64,000 nt of DNA from Eledone cirrhosa (taxonomy: Eukaryota), in NCBI GenBank assembly GCA_964016885.1, contig OZ024741.1, positions 182,590,001-182,654,000 of the forward strand, in the 5' to 3' direction. Numbering within the stretch: the first letter of the stretch is position 1; every line of letters begins with the position of its first letter. The position numbers and the translations under genes are program-made. This document shows positions 45,504 through 59,326 of the stretch, piece after piece. Below the pieces are notes generated by a model. That model was not told where the DNA came from. It saw only the letters and a program-made list of their open reading frames with translations, and ran no database searches.

Positions 45504-46241
45504 CATTGCTTCAGAGTATATTTTCTGCCTGATAGAAACCCTTAGAAGACATAATGAGTGAGCTTCCATTATCTACAGGCATAAACACATTTATGAACTT
45601 CTAAAAGAAAAATGTCAACAATTTCGCCACTTAACGTTCCTCAAATTGATCGAGCCAAGAAGAGAAAAGTTATGTAATAGAAAAAGCAACTAAATCTTCA
45701 TCAAATCATCGTTTTTTTTTTGTTGTTTTTTTCTGTACTACAGATGGACGAACGAGCCTCGGTGACTTCCTTGACAAGCACTACGCGTTTTCGTCGAATT
45801 TTCGTGGAGTTCATGATTTAGCGTTGTAGAGAAAGGTTGTAAGCCCAACATCCAATAGACATTTATCGTAGTTCTTACAGTGGTATCATAGTAGATCCCT
45901 GTGTAGATTTCCAAATGTAAAGCTTGTATATCAGATTCCATTTTCAATTTCCTGGTCCATCTTAACATCATTAGATACATTACCACTAAGGAAAGCAAAT
46001 AAATAAATGGTTTTCAGAGCAGTTTCATCCCGATACACCAAAGGTGATAAAATGGAATATCACTTGGCCTAGGAAGATATAAATATCCTTCTCCGTCGTC
46101 TTACTCGGGTATTTTTTACATGAGACCGCCATGTCGACTAGATACACACAAGTCCGTCACACCTGTCTGGATATTCAGGATGTAATAATTCTGAAAAAGA
46201 GCAGCAAATCATTTTTTTCAATGCTCTAATTCCACTGACAA

Positions 46242-46546
46242 CACTGGGAACACACTTTTTGCTAACTTAGGTTTTGTTGTTGTTTTTAGCTAATTTTGAG
46301 GTGCTCATTTCAAATATGGCATTCATTTTCCCCTAACACATCAAGTTTTCATGTTTGTCTTTCACTCGGCTATCCCATAAACACAGGAAACACGGATATT
46401 TTGTATACCTTTCTTGTTGGCCAAGCGAAAACTTGACGTGATAGAAAAAAGTATTGTTATTATTAAACTCAGCGGCACCAAATTACGCAAGAACGGGTTT
46501 CAAACTTAGGTCTGCAGAAAAAAAAGCTAGATTTTGTTAACCAGTG
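46242..46546. mobile_element. Non-autonomous DNA transposon with CACTGG...CCAGTG ends
   Basis: Terminal inverted cactgg.aaca / tgttaaccagtg and internal inverted catcaagttttc / gaaaacttgacg. Confidence 0.55.
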
Positions 46547-46913
46547 TAATTTATTTTATAGATATCCAAAAGTATTAAAGACAAGTTGATTTCGTTGGGA
46601 TTCTGACTCAGAGAGCAAAGAGACGCAACAAACACCACAAAGCATTTTGTCTAACGCTATAACGATTCTGCTAACAAGCCGCCCTAAATAATATTATATC
46701 TGTCATTAAAAAAAAAAGAAACTTATATATTAGATGATATATCTGAGTTACCTCCAGACGACATGATTGTTAAGGTTATAATATCTTTAGTTATATGTCT
46801 GTTTGATGAAGGCTGACCCGTAACTAAACAACAATGTTTACACAATGTGCTATTTTGAAAAAGTATTATAACTCCAGAAAATAAGTTTACATTGTTAATA
46901 GTGTTATCTAGCA

Positions 46914-47222
46914 CAGAGGTCCCCAACCACCAGGCCACGGACCGGTACCGGTCCGTGAATCATTTGCTACCGGACTGCAAGAAATAATTAACTTGTTTAA
47001 AATTGTATAATTGAATATTGGACTTTAATTTTAAAAGATTTGTTTAAATATTCAATATTCATATACTCAATACTCTTTTTCTTCCCTTTAGTAAATTGTT
47101 CTTTTAATTATTGCTCACTTTATCGAAATGCTCTTAAATAACGCATATGTCCAACGACCGGTCCGCGGAAAGATTGTCCGGCGGAAGCCGATCTGTGGTA
47201 TAAAAAAGGTTGGAGAATACTG
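46914..47222. mobile_element. hAT (Charlie-like) MITE
   Basis: cagaggtccccaacc...ggttggagaatactg with 8-bp TSD atctagca/atctagct. Confidence 0.8.
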
Positions 47223-48015
47223 ATCTAGCTGAAGTGTAGATTGTTGACAGTGTTGTTTAGGTGTAAGTTATTGGTAGTGTGTGTTTAGCTCGCTATTGAA
47301 AACATTCGGACAGGTCTCTGAGTTGAGGTTATCTTCTTTGTCTCTACTTTCGGGAGCCCTTGAATAAATTATAAAAAATTTTAAAAAGGATATTATCTAA
47401 ATTCTCCCTAAAAAGACAAAATATTCATGCCTGGGAAGCTTTGTTACGAAGGTCTGCTTGATCAGTGTTGACCTACGGCTGAACAACAAGAGCAACAGCT
47501 ATGACAACTCCTGCTCTAACAACTACAACAACTGTTAGAACGGCAAAAACAGGAACAAAATAAGCAGAACACTGCCCACGTAGTTGAACGCAATAACAAG
47601 GGTGTGGCATAAATATTATCTTTACGATGCCACCGAGAACACTAAGTGAAAACAAAACGGTTGTAAAGCACACGTTCAACATCATGGTGACCTTAAACTT
47701 GGTGAGGTAACTGACTACGAAGATAACCTATTGCTGACATTCAGCAATGGGTATGGTGGTGGTGGTGGTGGTGGTGGTGGTGGTGGTGGTGGTGGTGGTG
47801 GTAGTGGTGGTAGTGGTGGTGGTAGTGGTGGTAGTGGTGGTAGTGGTGGTGGTGGTGGTGGTGGGATGCTTTTTGTGATTATACCTTAAACCTGCGACCT
47901 ATATCAAAATCTAAAGAATACACTCACGCAATATATATAATAACACACGCGCACACACTCACTCTCACACACACACACACACATATTATATATATAAAAT
48001 GTTTATATGTGTGTG

Positions 48016-48149
<134 letters not shown>

Positions 48150-48293
48150 ACTATGTGAGTAACTTGTCGAAGCACTCGATTCTGTTACAGGGTCCTCTCT
48201 CATTGGGTTGTGCTCCAGGTTTAAGGTGGTTGTAGTTTTCCGAGTATATAAAATGACAATAAGAATTGCACCTTTTTATGAAACATTATTTCA

Positions 48294-48795
48294 TGTGGAT
48301 TGGCAGTATCGGTAGAGGGTCGGACGCCATGCTTTCAAGCATAGTTACGTCCCTTTACGATCTGAGTTCAAATCCCGCCGAGGTTGACTTTGCCTTTCAT
48401 CCTTACGGGGTCGATAAAATAAAAGTACCAGTAATGCACTGGGTAATTGCTGGCCTTGTGCCTAAAGTAGAAACAATTATTTCATATTACAAGGGCGGTG
48501 GATTGGCAGTATCAGTAGAGGGTCGGACGCCATGCTTTGACGCATAGAGTTACGGCCCTTGCCATTCTGAGTTCAAATCCCGCCGAGGTTAACTTTGCCT
48601 TTCATCCTTACGGGGTCGATAAAATAAAGTACCAGTAATAGACTTGGTAATTGCTGGCCTTGTGCCTAACGTAGAAACAATTATTTCATATTACAAGGTT
48701 GACTTTGCCTTTCATCCTTACGGGGTCGATAAAATAAAGTACCAGTAATGCACTGGGTAATTGCTGGCCTTGTGCCTAAAGTAGAAACAATTATT
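48294..48795 (+). mobile_element. Three tandem SINE copies inserted in a fold-back element
   Basis: Each copy is followed by ttatttcatattacaa. Confidence 0.85.
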
Positions 48796-49056
48796 TCATA
48801 TTACAATTGTTTCTATAACAATCAACTCGGGTTTGATCATGCCATCGGATCCCAACTCTTAATCGACACTGCTTCAGATGGGACCACCCATGTAAACTCT
48901 CATATCTGCAGAAGTGCCGATTAAGAGTCAGAATCCGATCACCTGATGAAACCCGAGCTGATCGTTATAGAAACAATTGTAATGTGAAATAAAGTTTCCC
49001 AAAAAGCTGCAATTCTTATTGTCACTCGCCCTATCTCTCTATCTCTCTCTCTCTCC

Positions 49057-49129
<73 letters not shown>

Positions 49130-49132
<3 letters not shown>

Positions 49133-49377
49133 GTCACGACAAAAAGCTCCCAGTCCACACTGTAAAATGGACGTGTAAAATACACTGCAAAAAGCACCCA
49201 CCACACACTGTAAATGTGGTTGGCGTTAGGAAGGGCATCGAGCTGTTGAAAACCAGCCAGAAAGACTCCTATATGAGCAAGACACGGTCACCCGGCCCAA
49301 CTTGCTTCTAAATGGGACAAACTCCTCTAACCCATGCTAGCGTGGAAGATAGACGTTAATCGATGATGATGATGATG

Positions 49378-49378
<1 letters not shown>
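49130..49378 (+). mobile_element. RTE-related SINE 3' part with (GAT)n tail (partial minus copy at ~26340-26440)
   Basis: ggttggcgttaggaagggcatc...aacccatgctagcgtgga...gacgttaa followed by (GAT)n. Confidence 0.6.
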
Positions 49379-49438
<60 letters not shown>

Positions 49439-49539
49439 GGAATTTATGGATATATTTAGTCATTAATATTGATAACCCTATTCCAACTGTCAACAACCTT
49501 ATAGATTCCACGTTTATAAAATGTCTTTGGTTTGGCTGT

Positions 49540-50300
49540 GGTATACGAGACTAATCCATTTTCGACCTCTAAACAAATAAAAACCAGAATGGGCTAGGCC
49601 AGGAGAATATGGTGGGTGGAATAATTTTTCACGCCTGAATTCCTCTGAAGGTCTTTGGTTAGTCATATAGGATGAAGATTAATGAATTAATGAAACCGTA
49701 AGTACTACAAAGGAATAAGATAAAAATGTTAAAACATTCTCGTGTTCGAAAATGACTCCGTTTCTGTTCGCAAAGGATGAGTTTTTTGTTCGAACTGTTT
49801 CCCAAAGCAGAAATTTCTGGAAGTAAACCCCAGCTGTAATTGTTTGATTATTATCAGCAATTCATTATAAACTATTCCCTACGTATTCCATCACACAGGA
49901 TCTTCCTTGCGTGTAGGTCCCATCTAGGTTGATGGGTATGTTTATCATCATGATTCAGCAACTAACGAGAACACTCAACATTGAGATAAAAGATCTATTT
50001 CTCATCTCCAGCCACAAAGTTGTCCAAATCGAAGCACTAAAAGTCGTATCTCTACAATGTCTCACAGTAATTGATACTTTGTTGGCGATGCTCTACAGAC
50101 AAGCCGTGTGGGATCAATTTTGTAACTTTTTCTAAGACTTTTCTAATCCTTTTCAATTTGTGTTGTACAGTCGTATGGTTAATGTTTAAACGCTCACTGA
50201 GTTCCTTATCTGTAATAGCAGGATCTGCTGTAAGTCATTTCCAATTCCACAGAATCAAGTCTATTTGGACGGCCTTCTGTTGGCTCATTCTCTAGACTGA
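49540..50300 (-). pseudogene. Mariner (DD34D) transposase remnant
   Basis: Minus strand shows GRP, K..KL.PH.L, VAGDEK*IFY.N and HPPYSPGLA (YSPDLAP-like) with stops and frameshifts. Confidence 0.75.
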
Positions 50301-50309
50301 AGTCCTTAT

Positions 50310-50700
50310 TTCTGAAGTGAGTTACTTTCAAATTATTTTTATTAAATATAGTCCTAAAACGATGCTGACTGGAGAAGTGTCTATCTGATAATGCTAGCAA
50401 TATCTTATCTATATTAGTTTTAATGTCGAAAGCTTATGTATTGGTATGTAGGTGATGTATACATCTAATTTTGTATTTGAACACACTATTCACTGGAGCG
50501 CTATTATATGGTGCCGCTCTGTCAAATATTTCAGTGGTAGAAGAGTTTAGAGATTCTTGTGATATCATTTATAAAATGATTAAATACTATAAACGGATTT
50601 GCAGGAATTTCTATTAATGCATTTCGATATCTCGCTTGGTTTATTTTAAGGTTTATACATTTCATTATCTAAATTCAGAGTGGCATTTAAGAAATTAGCT
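50310..50700 (-). pseudogene. Decayed Penelope-like RT-to-endonuclease linker fragment
   Basis: Minus strand reads IKTNIDKILLALSDRHFSSQHRFRTIFNKNNLKV, resembling the K.N.G..FL.L...HF...H.L.KIFN.N..K linker of these elements. Confidence 0.55.
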
Positions 50701-51596
50701 ATTTTGTGATTAAAGCTAAGGTTAATTTTAAGCCCTAGATTACAGGTGTCGAAGAGGTGCTTTCTGAACACATCTAGTGCGTGATCTTGCTTTCCATTAT
50801 AACAATAGACATAATATTCTCAAGGGAGATAACAATGAAACACTTTCTTTCTGGAATAGATGTTTATAGTTTTATAGACCGTGAAATAATACTGTTACGG
50901 CGTAGGCTTAAAACTGATGAACTCGTTATTTCTTTCTATACATAACATGGTGGAACTTTACATAGTGTAAGAAATACACAAAATGGAATAGGGGTGAGGG
51001 GGAACTCTCGGATTTTTCCAGCCTCGGAGATTTCTTCAGTGCGAATAAAAGAGGTGGAATGGGGGCGACACTGGGAGTTACAGATAAGCACCTCTTGGCC
51101 GTTTCAATTTATAGAAAAGCAATCTCTTGATACTGAAGGTTGTTTTGATCCTTCGTCATTTTGAACAGTCGTGGAAAGCGTTGTAAGCTTAAGTAATTAA
51201 GTGTTTCCCAATTTCCAAATCCACCATGCCAATGAGGAGTGGCTGTGTGAAAGAGCAAGCCTTGCTCCCCAAAACATTAGTGTATGCCATCAACAAAATC
51301 TCTCATAAACGATCCGTGGAGGTAACCAGACCTATAAATGTATCAAGGCTAAAAAAAAAAAATTGTACAGACTGAAGTTCTGTAAATCTTTGATAATTTT
51401 CATAGGATACATTTTTCTATTATTTTCTTTAAAGTTTCTGTAGTTCGATATTTTAAATAATTTTTTTAAATTATGGTATGCAATATTCAAATACCTTTTA
51501 AACAAATTTTATTCTAAGGAAAATGGACATTACGACAAATAACAATCGGTGCCTGATGAATAGATTTGCGCACAATACAGACTGGGGCGAAGGCCT

Positions 51597-51637
<41 letters not shown>

Positions 51638-51902
51638 GAATTTAAATTCATAGAAATTTGGGACTTGACTCCTTCTTCCTCACTTTTCGTTGCTTCACCA
51701 TTTTTGTTTGTTTACACTCGTGTCCCCTTTATTTACGTGTCCCAACGACTTTTTTTAGCCGTTGCTCGCACCAACCGGAGGTATATGGTCTTTAAAGCGA
51801 TGAAATACCAATGATGGTTGGAAGATCACTGATGAAGGACTAATTTTATTCATATATATATATATATATATATGCGTGTGTGTGTGTATATGTATATGTA
51901 TG

Positions 51903-52008
<106 letters not shown>

Positions 52009-52090
52009 CAAGTATATATCAAGTATATATATATATATATATACTTCATATATATATATGTGTGTCTGTGTGTCTGTGTATATGTATATG

Positions 52091-52122
<32 letters not shown>

Positions 52123-52235
52123 CTTCTGATGAAGAACTGGCATCGGAAACGTTAAGAATCTCTTCCTGCTAAATATACCTTCCATGTACTGTGCCGTTTG
52201 TTTTGTTATTTTAGTTACTTCTGTTTACCTTTTAC

Positions 52236-52302
<67 letters not shown>

Positions 52303-52346
52303 CATAGACATATATACGTGAGTGTGTGTGTGTTTGTATATATATA

Positions 52347-52424
<78 letters not shown>

Positions 52425-52611
52425 AACGAGTAGGACCCCGACGGCTGAGCTCAAGCCGTTTCGACGGCTAATTCTGGACCGAATTAGCCGTCGAAACGGC
52501 TTGAGCTCAGCCGTCGGGGTCCTACTCGTTCCTATTACCCACTCTACTACCCTAAGTATTGAGTACTTTGGTGCGTTATGGTCCACTTGGTTCCTTACCA
52601 CATTTCCTTCG

Positions 52612-52706
<95 letters not shown>

Positions 52707-52889
52707 ATATATATATGTGTGTAGAAGCGGAAGACCAAAGTTAACATATGTTGATGCCCTAAGGACAGACACTGGTCTGTTGGAGATGCAGGATATGGCA
52801 GCGATAATGAGGGACAGAGACCGCTGGAGAGAACTCGTCCATGGATCTCGGGAATTTTACCCACCTTAGATAGATAGATAGATATATAT

Positions 52890-52920
<31 letters not shown>

Positions 52921-52929
52921 GTGTATATA

Positions 52930-52989
<60 letters not shown>

Positions 52990-53225
52990 CACCCAGCTAA
53001 TCCCCTATCTTATATCTTCTTAATCTCTGTCCGCCCACTGTGGTGTTTGTGAAATGGCAAAGAGCATGAGTGAACGCAGTGCCCACCGCCTGCTCAGATA
53101 TAATGTATTAAAAGATCAGAGGATTAGTGACCATAGCAATGGTAGGGTTATCATCATCATCATCATCAGCAGCAGCAGCATCATTAATATTAATATATAG
53201 TATGCATATACATACATACATATAT

Positions 53226-53310
<85 letters not shown>

Positions 53311-53315
53311 GATAG

Positions 53316-53353
<38 letters not shown>

Positions 53354-53373
53354 ATATATATTTTATAGAAGGA

Positions 53374-53422
53374 GCTTCTACAGGACTAGTACTGTTTCAT
53401 TCAGATGAAATCTTCAGGAAGC
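53374..53422 (-). ncRNA. Type I hammerhead ribozyme motif
   Basis: Reverse complement: gcttc CTGAAGA tttcatctgaat GAAA cag tactagtc ctg TA gaagc. A truncated copy lies at about 24020-24050. Confidence 0.8.
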
Positions 53423-53480
53423 ACCATGTATTGAGTACCTTACTTACTGTGGTTATCCCCGACTCAACCCGGGGCCTACG

Positions 53481-53525
<45 letters not shown>

Positions 53526-53736
53526 ATACATATATATATAGAAATTAACTGTTAGAGAAAACAATACCAAAATTCTTGAACAAATATATTTAATGGCTTA
53601 CAATTGTTTCGGAAATCATATCAACTTTATGCCCATACAGATGATCATTATCGATTATATAATTCTCATAACTAATCTCCTATCTCTCCTCCTCAATTAG
53701 TTTGTATGCATAATTCTGATTTAATCATAAACATAC

Positions 53737-53780
<44 letters not shown>

Positions 53781-54186
53781 GGAATAGAATGAAACGAAAT
53801 TTCATTTCTCACTCTTAGTACGGCACTTACTTAAATGTACATACATATATGTATACAGACGTACAGTAGTATGTATATATATATATATACATACATGCAC
53901 ACATATATATACGCACGTATCGGTTTACCGAACATTTATTATAATGCTCGGTTTGTTTGTTTGAAAAGGTGACGTGGTTGCCTAAACACTGTACGGCGTA
54001 ATTCGGGCTGTTTGTTTGTTTACAAACAAACAAACCGAGCATTATAATAAATGTTCGGTAAACCGATACGTGCATATATATATATATATATGTGTGTGCA
54101 TGTATGTATATATACACATACTACTGTACGTCTGTATACATATATGTATGTACGTATACATACATACTTACATTTATATATATATA

Positions 54187-54275
<89 letters not shown>

Positions 54276-54309
54276 ATATTGTTTTGCTTTTATTTTACGC
54301 AGTTATCCC

Positions 54310-55534
54310 TCGTTTTATTTTTCAGTTCTCTGATATATTGTTATCTTGGAGGTCCCAGATGTGGCCCGAAAGTGTAGTGGCATGTCGCCGGGCCAGATTT
54401 CGGAGAGTATGTCGGTGTTGGTAGAGCCGGGTCTTGAAGTCGCAACCGGTTAATCCTATATAGGCTTTGTTGGAGGTTTCCGTCCTCATGTTGCATTGGT
54501 AGGTCACGTTACGTTCTGGGCATCTGTTGTTTAGGGGGCACATAGATCTATCAGGGTAGTTACGCCTCCTGGTCGGCTCTCTACTAATGAATAGGTTGAT
54601 TTCTCCAACATAACATACAATCTTATTTGGAGCTTACTGTCCAGGGCTAACTCCTACACGGGAGGACACCGTCCGTGTAACTTATGCTCGGAGGAAACAT
54701 TACAAATGCTGTTTACGAAGGATCAACTCCTAAACAAAAAAGACGAACTTGTAACTGCATGTAAACACCGATTGCGTAGGACTTACCTCGCCCTCAAACC
54801 ACCTCATGACCCGGGTGGGTAGACAATGGCTGCAACATCCTTCTTTTTCCCACTTACCGAACAAGATAGGGGAAACCCCCAGCATACATAGGTAGATGTA
54901 CTTCTTTTCTTTTCTTCTTCCCTTTATCTCTTTCTATCACTTCCTTCCACTCTCTCTCCACTTCCTTTTCCTTTTTCCTCTTTCGCTTACCCCAAGGCAG
55001 CCCATCGGGCTTTTGTAGCCTCGGTACCCCACCCCAGTAAATTATATATAGCATTGGCCGAAAACGCAATACCAGCTTAAATTATAGCAACTTCTTTAGA
55101 CTCTAAAGATTGTTTTAGTATTTTAACTATTTAATTTTATTACTTTTATTTTTTATTTATTATCTTTTAATCTCAATCTATTAACCATTATATAATGCCC
55201 CACTCTCAGTATCCTTTTTCACCTGCTTCCTATCTAGCCTATTTTCATACACACTCCTTAGAATTTGCTGTATAGAATTCACTTTCAACGCTTGACCGGC
55301 TCCACCCACTCCCTCATTGTTCTACTGGCAAGTTCAGCCACTCCTACCTCCCACCCTCTGCCATGAAAGACTTAATTGTGTTTACAATAAATTTTGACCA
55401 ATCCTCTTGACAACTACAATCTTCCCATATAAGGAATTACCCCTTCAAAAGTTCGGCTATTTATTACCACGCTAAAAATTCTAATTTAGTCCAGAAATAG
55501 CCGTCGAAACGGCTGGAGCTCTGCCGTCAGGGTA
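54310..55534 (+). mobile_element. Penelope-like element 3' fragment with inverted 5' segment
   Basis: Minus strand ~54330-54590 encodes CPLNNRC...VTYQC...YIGLT..FKTR..QH...[13 protein letters not shown] (GIY-YIG). Plus strand from ~54608 continues NITYNLIWSLL...CNLCSEE...LLNKKDELVTACKH, then a 3' UTR ending in a decayed hammerhead and (TA)n. Confidence 0.85.
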
Positions 55535-55543
55535 TATATATGC

Positions 55544-55606
<63 letters not shown>

Positions 55607-55653
55607 TAAAATAATGAATAAACAAAGAAACAGTTCCTTATATTAAAAAAAAT

Positions 55654-55793
55654 TCATCATTTTACGATCGTTTCTAGAATATATGTGTTAGAGTTGGTAT
55701 GCATATTCTATAGATCTATGTACAATATTTATACAAACTATCAGAGGGAATATACATACCTACACATATATATGCTGTCTTCAGAAATAATGA
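55654..55793 (-). ncRNA. Hammerhead motif with long stem II, left arm of the large palindrome
   Basis: Reverse complement: tcattattt CTGAAGA cagcatata...GAAA cgatcg TA aaatgatga; 9-bp stem I. Confidence 0.7.
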
Positions 55794-56444
55794 TATTTGT
55801 TTATTGAAAAAAAACAAAGATTCAATACAATAGGTCTGTTTGGGAACAGGTTTTGAATTGACCAATAGAGAGATAGTGAGGGTCAAGATAGTAATATAGT
55901 AGTAGAAGAACCTTAAATTATGGGTAGAGGAAGGTAGATTTCAGTTTTGGATGGAAAAGAATATTATGAATGAAGGATTATTTTAGGGAAGAAATAGGTC
56001 TTATGCTGACCTCAGAAATAATTTTATTTGTTCATTGAATAAAACCAACAAAGATCTAATATATTCTGTCTGTTTGGTAAAAGGTTTAGAATTAACCAAT
56101 AGAAAGTTAATAATTGGCCAAATGGTAAAATAGTAGTAATTGAAGCTTATTTTAGGGGTGAAAATAGGTCAGGTGGTCAGTAAAAGGTATACAAGCAGTT
56201 GCTGTTATAAAATAGTAATGCCAATACAAATATCTAAGGTGACTAAAGTTTTACGATAAGAATGTTAGTGAAAAAAATACATCTATGAAAAGAATATAAA
56301 TTAATTTAATTGATTGGTATATTTATATTGATAAAATTACACTAATACATATAGATATGATAAATAAAAGTTAGATGCAGTTGAAAAGTGTTGTTAAAGA
56401 TGAGGGGAAATTAAAAGAATATAAAAATAATATATATATATATA

Positions 56445-56490
<46 letters not shown>

Positions 56491-56537
56491 TATACACATA
56501 CACACACACATATACACATATATATATATATATATAT

Positions 56538-56604
<67 letters not shown>

Positions 56605-58064
56605 CATGCATATATACATACATACATATACATACACACGCACATACACACTTACATATACATATAATTATTGGGGGGGGGGATTAAATTTATTAGTGAG
56701 AAATAATAAATATATATAGTTTTCAAGGAACGTAGAGTCATAACCTGAAGTTAAAGCATTATATATGTTTACTTAATGGTATCAGTTTTAGGAAATGATA
56801 GTTGTAAGAAGGAAAGCAAAATTATGTAGTTCATCAGTAGTAGAATATTAATTATAGGTTAACTAAATTAAAAATAGTTTATATATTAATTTCTAAAGTG
56901 TATATTAATTAGGTTTATAATATTTAAAGGTTTTTCTCAGTTTATGATTACACGATATTATTAATTCCTGTCGCTTATTTAATAGGATATCCTTAGATTT
57001 CATTATTTCAAAAAGTTCTTGGGAACATAATCTACATTCATATCTACTATTTTGATAAGGGGTGGCCCTTTTGAGCAGACTCCAGGTCAGGTCATAATCT
57101 ATATTCCTCTTTCTATAACTATTAATTATTTCAGCTAGGGATGTTGTATTAGCTAGTGCGGCATTTTTAAAAACTATGTTTGTGGGTATTAAATCTTACC
57201 TTAAATTTGTTAGAGGTAGCTCCTATATATGAATAAATTGAGTCCTTAGTGTTAACTTTACATTTATATACTATGTTATTAACAAGGCAATTTCCTTTTA
57301 ATGGACAGTTTGCCTTGTTTCTACAGTTACAATTTTTCGTGAATCCTGTATCTGAGGAGATATTATGGTTAGTTTGATGTACTGTAATTTAATACCCACA
57401 AACATAGTTTTTAAAAATGCCGCACTAGCTAATACAACATCTCTAGCTGAAATAATTAATAGTTATAGAAAGAGGAATATAGATTATGACCTGACCTGGA
57501 GTGTGCTCAAAAGGGCCACCCCTTATCAAAATAGTAGATATGAATGTAGATTATGTTCCCAAGAACTTTTTGAAATAATGAAATCTAAGGATATCCTATT
57601 AAATAAGCGACAGGAATTAATAATATCGTGTAATCATAAACTGAGAAAAACCTTTAAATATTATAAACCTAATTAATATACACTTTAGAAATTAATATAT
57701 AAACTATTTTTAATTTAGTTAACCTATAATTAATATTCTACTACTGATGAACTACATAATTCTGCTTTCCTTCTTACAACTATCATTTCCTATTTTTAAT
57801 TTAGTTAACCTATAATTAATATTCTACTACTGATGAACTACATAATTTTGCTTTCCTTCTTACAACTATCATTTCCTAAAACTGATACCATTAAGTAAAC
57901 ATATATAATGCTTTAACTTCAGGTTATGACTCTACGTTCCTTGAAAACTATATATATTTATTATTTCTCACTAATAAATTTAATCCCCCCCCCCCCAATA
58001 ATTATATGTATATGTAAGTGTGTATGTGCGTGTGTATATATATGTATGTATGTATATATGCATG

Positions 58065-58127
<63 letters not shown>

Positions 58128-58174
58128 ATATATATATATATATATATGTGTATATGTGTGTGTGTATGTGTATA

Positions 58175-58216
<42 letters not shown>

Positions 58217-58867
58217 TATATATATATATATTATTTTTATATTCTTTTAATTTCCCCTCATCTTTAACAACACTTTTCAACTGCATCTAACTTTTATTTA
58301 TCATATCTATATGTATTAGTGTAATTTTATCAATATAAATATACCAATCAATTAAATTAATTTATATTCTTTTCATAGATGTATTTTTTTCACTAACATT
58401 CTTATCGTAAAACTTTAGTCACCTTAGATATTTGTATTGGCATTACTATTTTATAACAGCAACTGCTTGTATACCTTTTACTGACCACCTGACCTATTTT
58501 CACCCCTAAAATAAGCTTCAATTACTACTATTTTACCATTTGGCCAATTATTAACTTTCTATTGGTTAATTCTAAACCTTTTACCAAACAGACAGAATAT
58601 ATTAGATCTTTGTTGGTTTTATTCAATGAACAAATAAAATTATTTCTGAGGTCAGCATAAGACCTATTTCTTCCCTAAAATAATCCTTCATTCATAATAT
58701 TCTTTTCCATCCAAAACTGAAATCTACCTTCCTCTACCCATAATTTAAGGTTCTTCTACTACTATATTACTATCTTGACCCTCACTATCTCTCTATTGGT
58801 CAATTCAAAACCTGTTCCCAAACAGACCTATTGTATTGAATCTTTGTTTTTTTTCAATAAACAAATA

Positions 58868-59009
58868 TCATTATTTCTGAAGACAGCATATATATGTGTA
58901 GGTATGTATATTCCCTCTGATAGTTTGTATAAATATTGTACATAGATCTATAGAATATGCATACCAACTCTAACACATATATATCCTAGAAACGATCGTA
59001 AAATGATGA
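58868..59009 (+). ncRNA. Hammerhead motif with long stem II, right arm of the large palindrome
   Basis: tcattattt CTGAAGA cagcatatata...tatatatccta GAAA cgatcg TA aaatgatga. Confidence 0.7.
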
Positions 59010-59288
59010 ATTTTTTTAATATAAGGAACTGTTTCTTTGTTTATTCATTATTTTATTAATTTATCTTGACTCTGTTTTCCGTTTATTTTTCACCGAAAGT
59101 AGTTTTTGAATGCATCTTCTCTTTTCATGATATCCGGATTACATTGAGTTCTTCATACGGATTGGACACTACCGTAAACTTTTGGTAGATTTATCTATAT
59201 ATATATATATATATAAAGAAAAAGGGATGAAATCGAAAATGCAACTGAAGTCTTATTTTTTTTTTTAAATATATATATTTATTTGGTT

Positions 59289-59326
59289 CCTTTACCGGTT
59301 TCGCAGTTCTTCTGCTTTTCAAAAGG
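59289..59326 (-). ncRNA. Hammerhead motif with U3-A8 variant core (mirror copy at 59745-59782 plus)
   Basis: cctt TTGAAAA gcag aagaa ctgc GAAA ccgg TA aagg. Confidence 0.7.

Larger units (their letters stand above)
55603..59059. mobile_element. Penelope-like element 3' end arranged as a ~3.5 kb inverted duplication
   Basis: Arms ~55603-57190 and ~57388-59059 are reverse complements. The spacer encodes CNCRNKANCPLKGNCL..IVYKC....YIGAT..FKVR on the minus strand. The arms encode the GIY-YIG C-terminal half (ORF 57365-57676: TWSVLK...CRLCSQE...LLNKRQELIISCNH) and end in hammerhead motifs. Confidence 0.9.

Noticed and set aside
52121-52160. CTGATGA...GAAACGTTA and similar weak strings at 18363, 25990-26100, 53595 and 63330
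   Set aside because: Core or stems too degenerate to call; may be decayed members of the same class.
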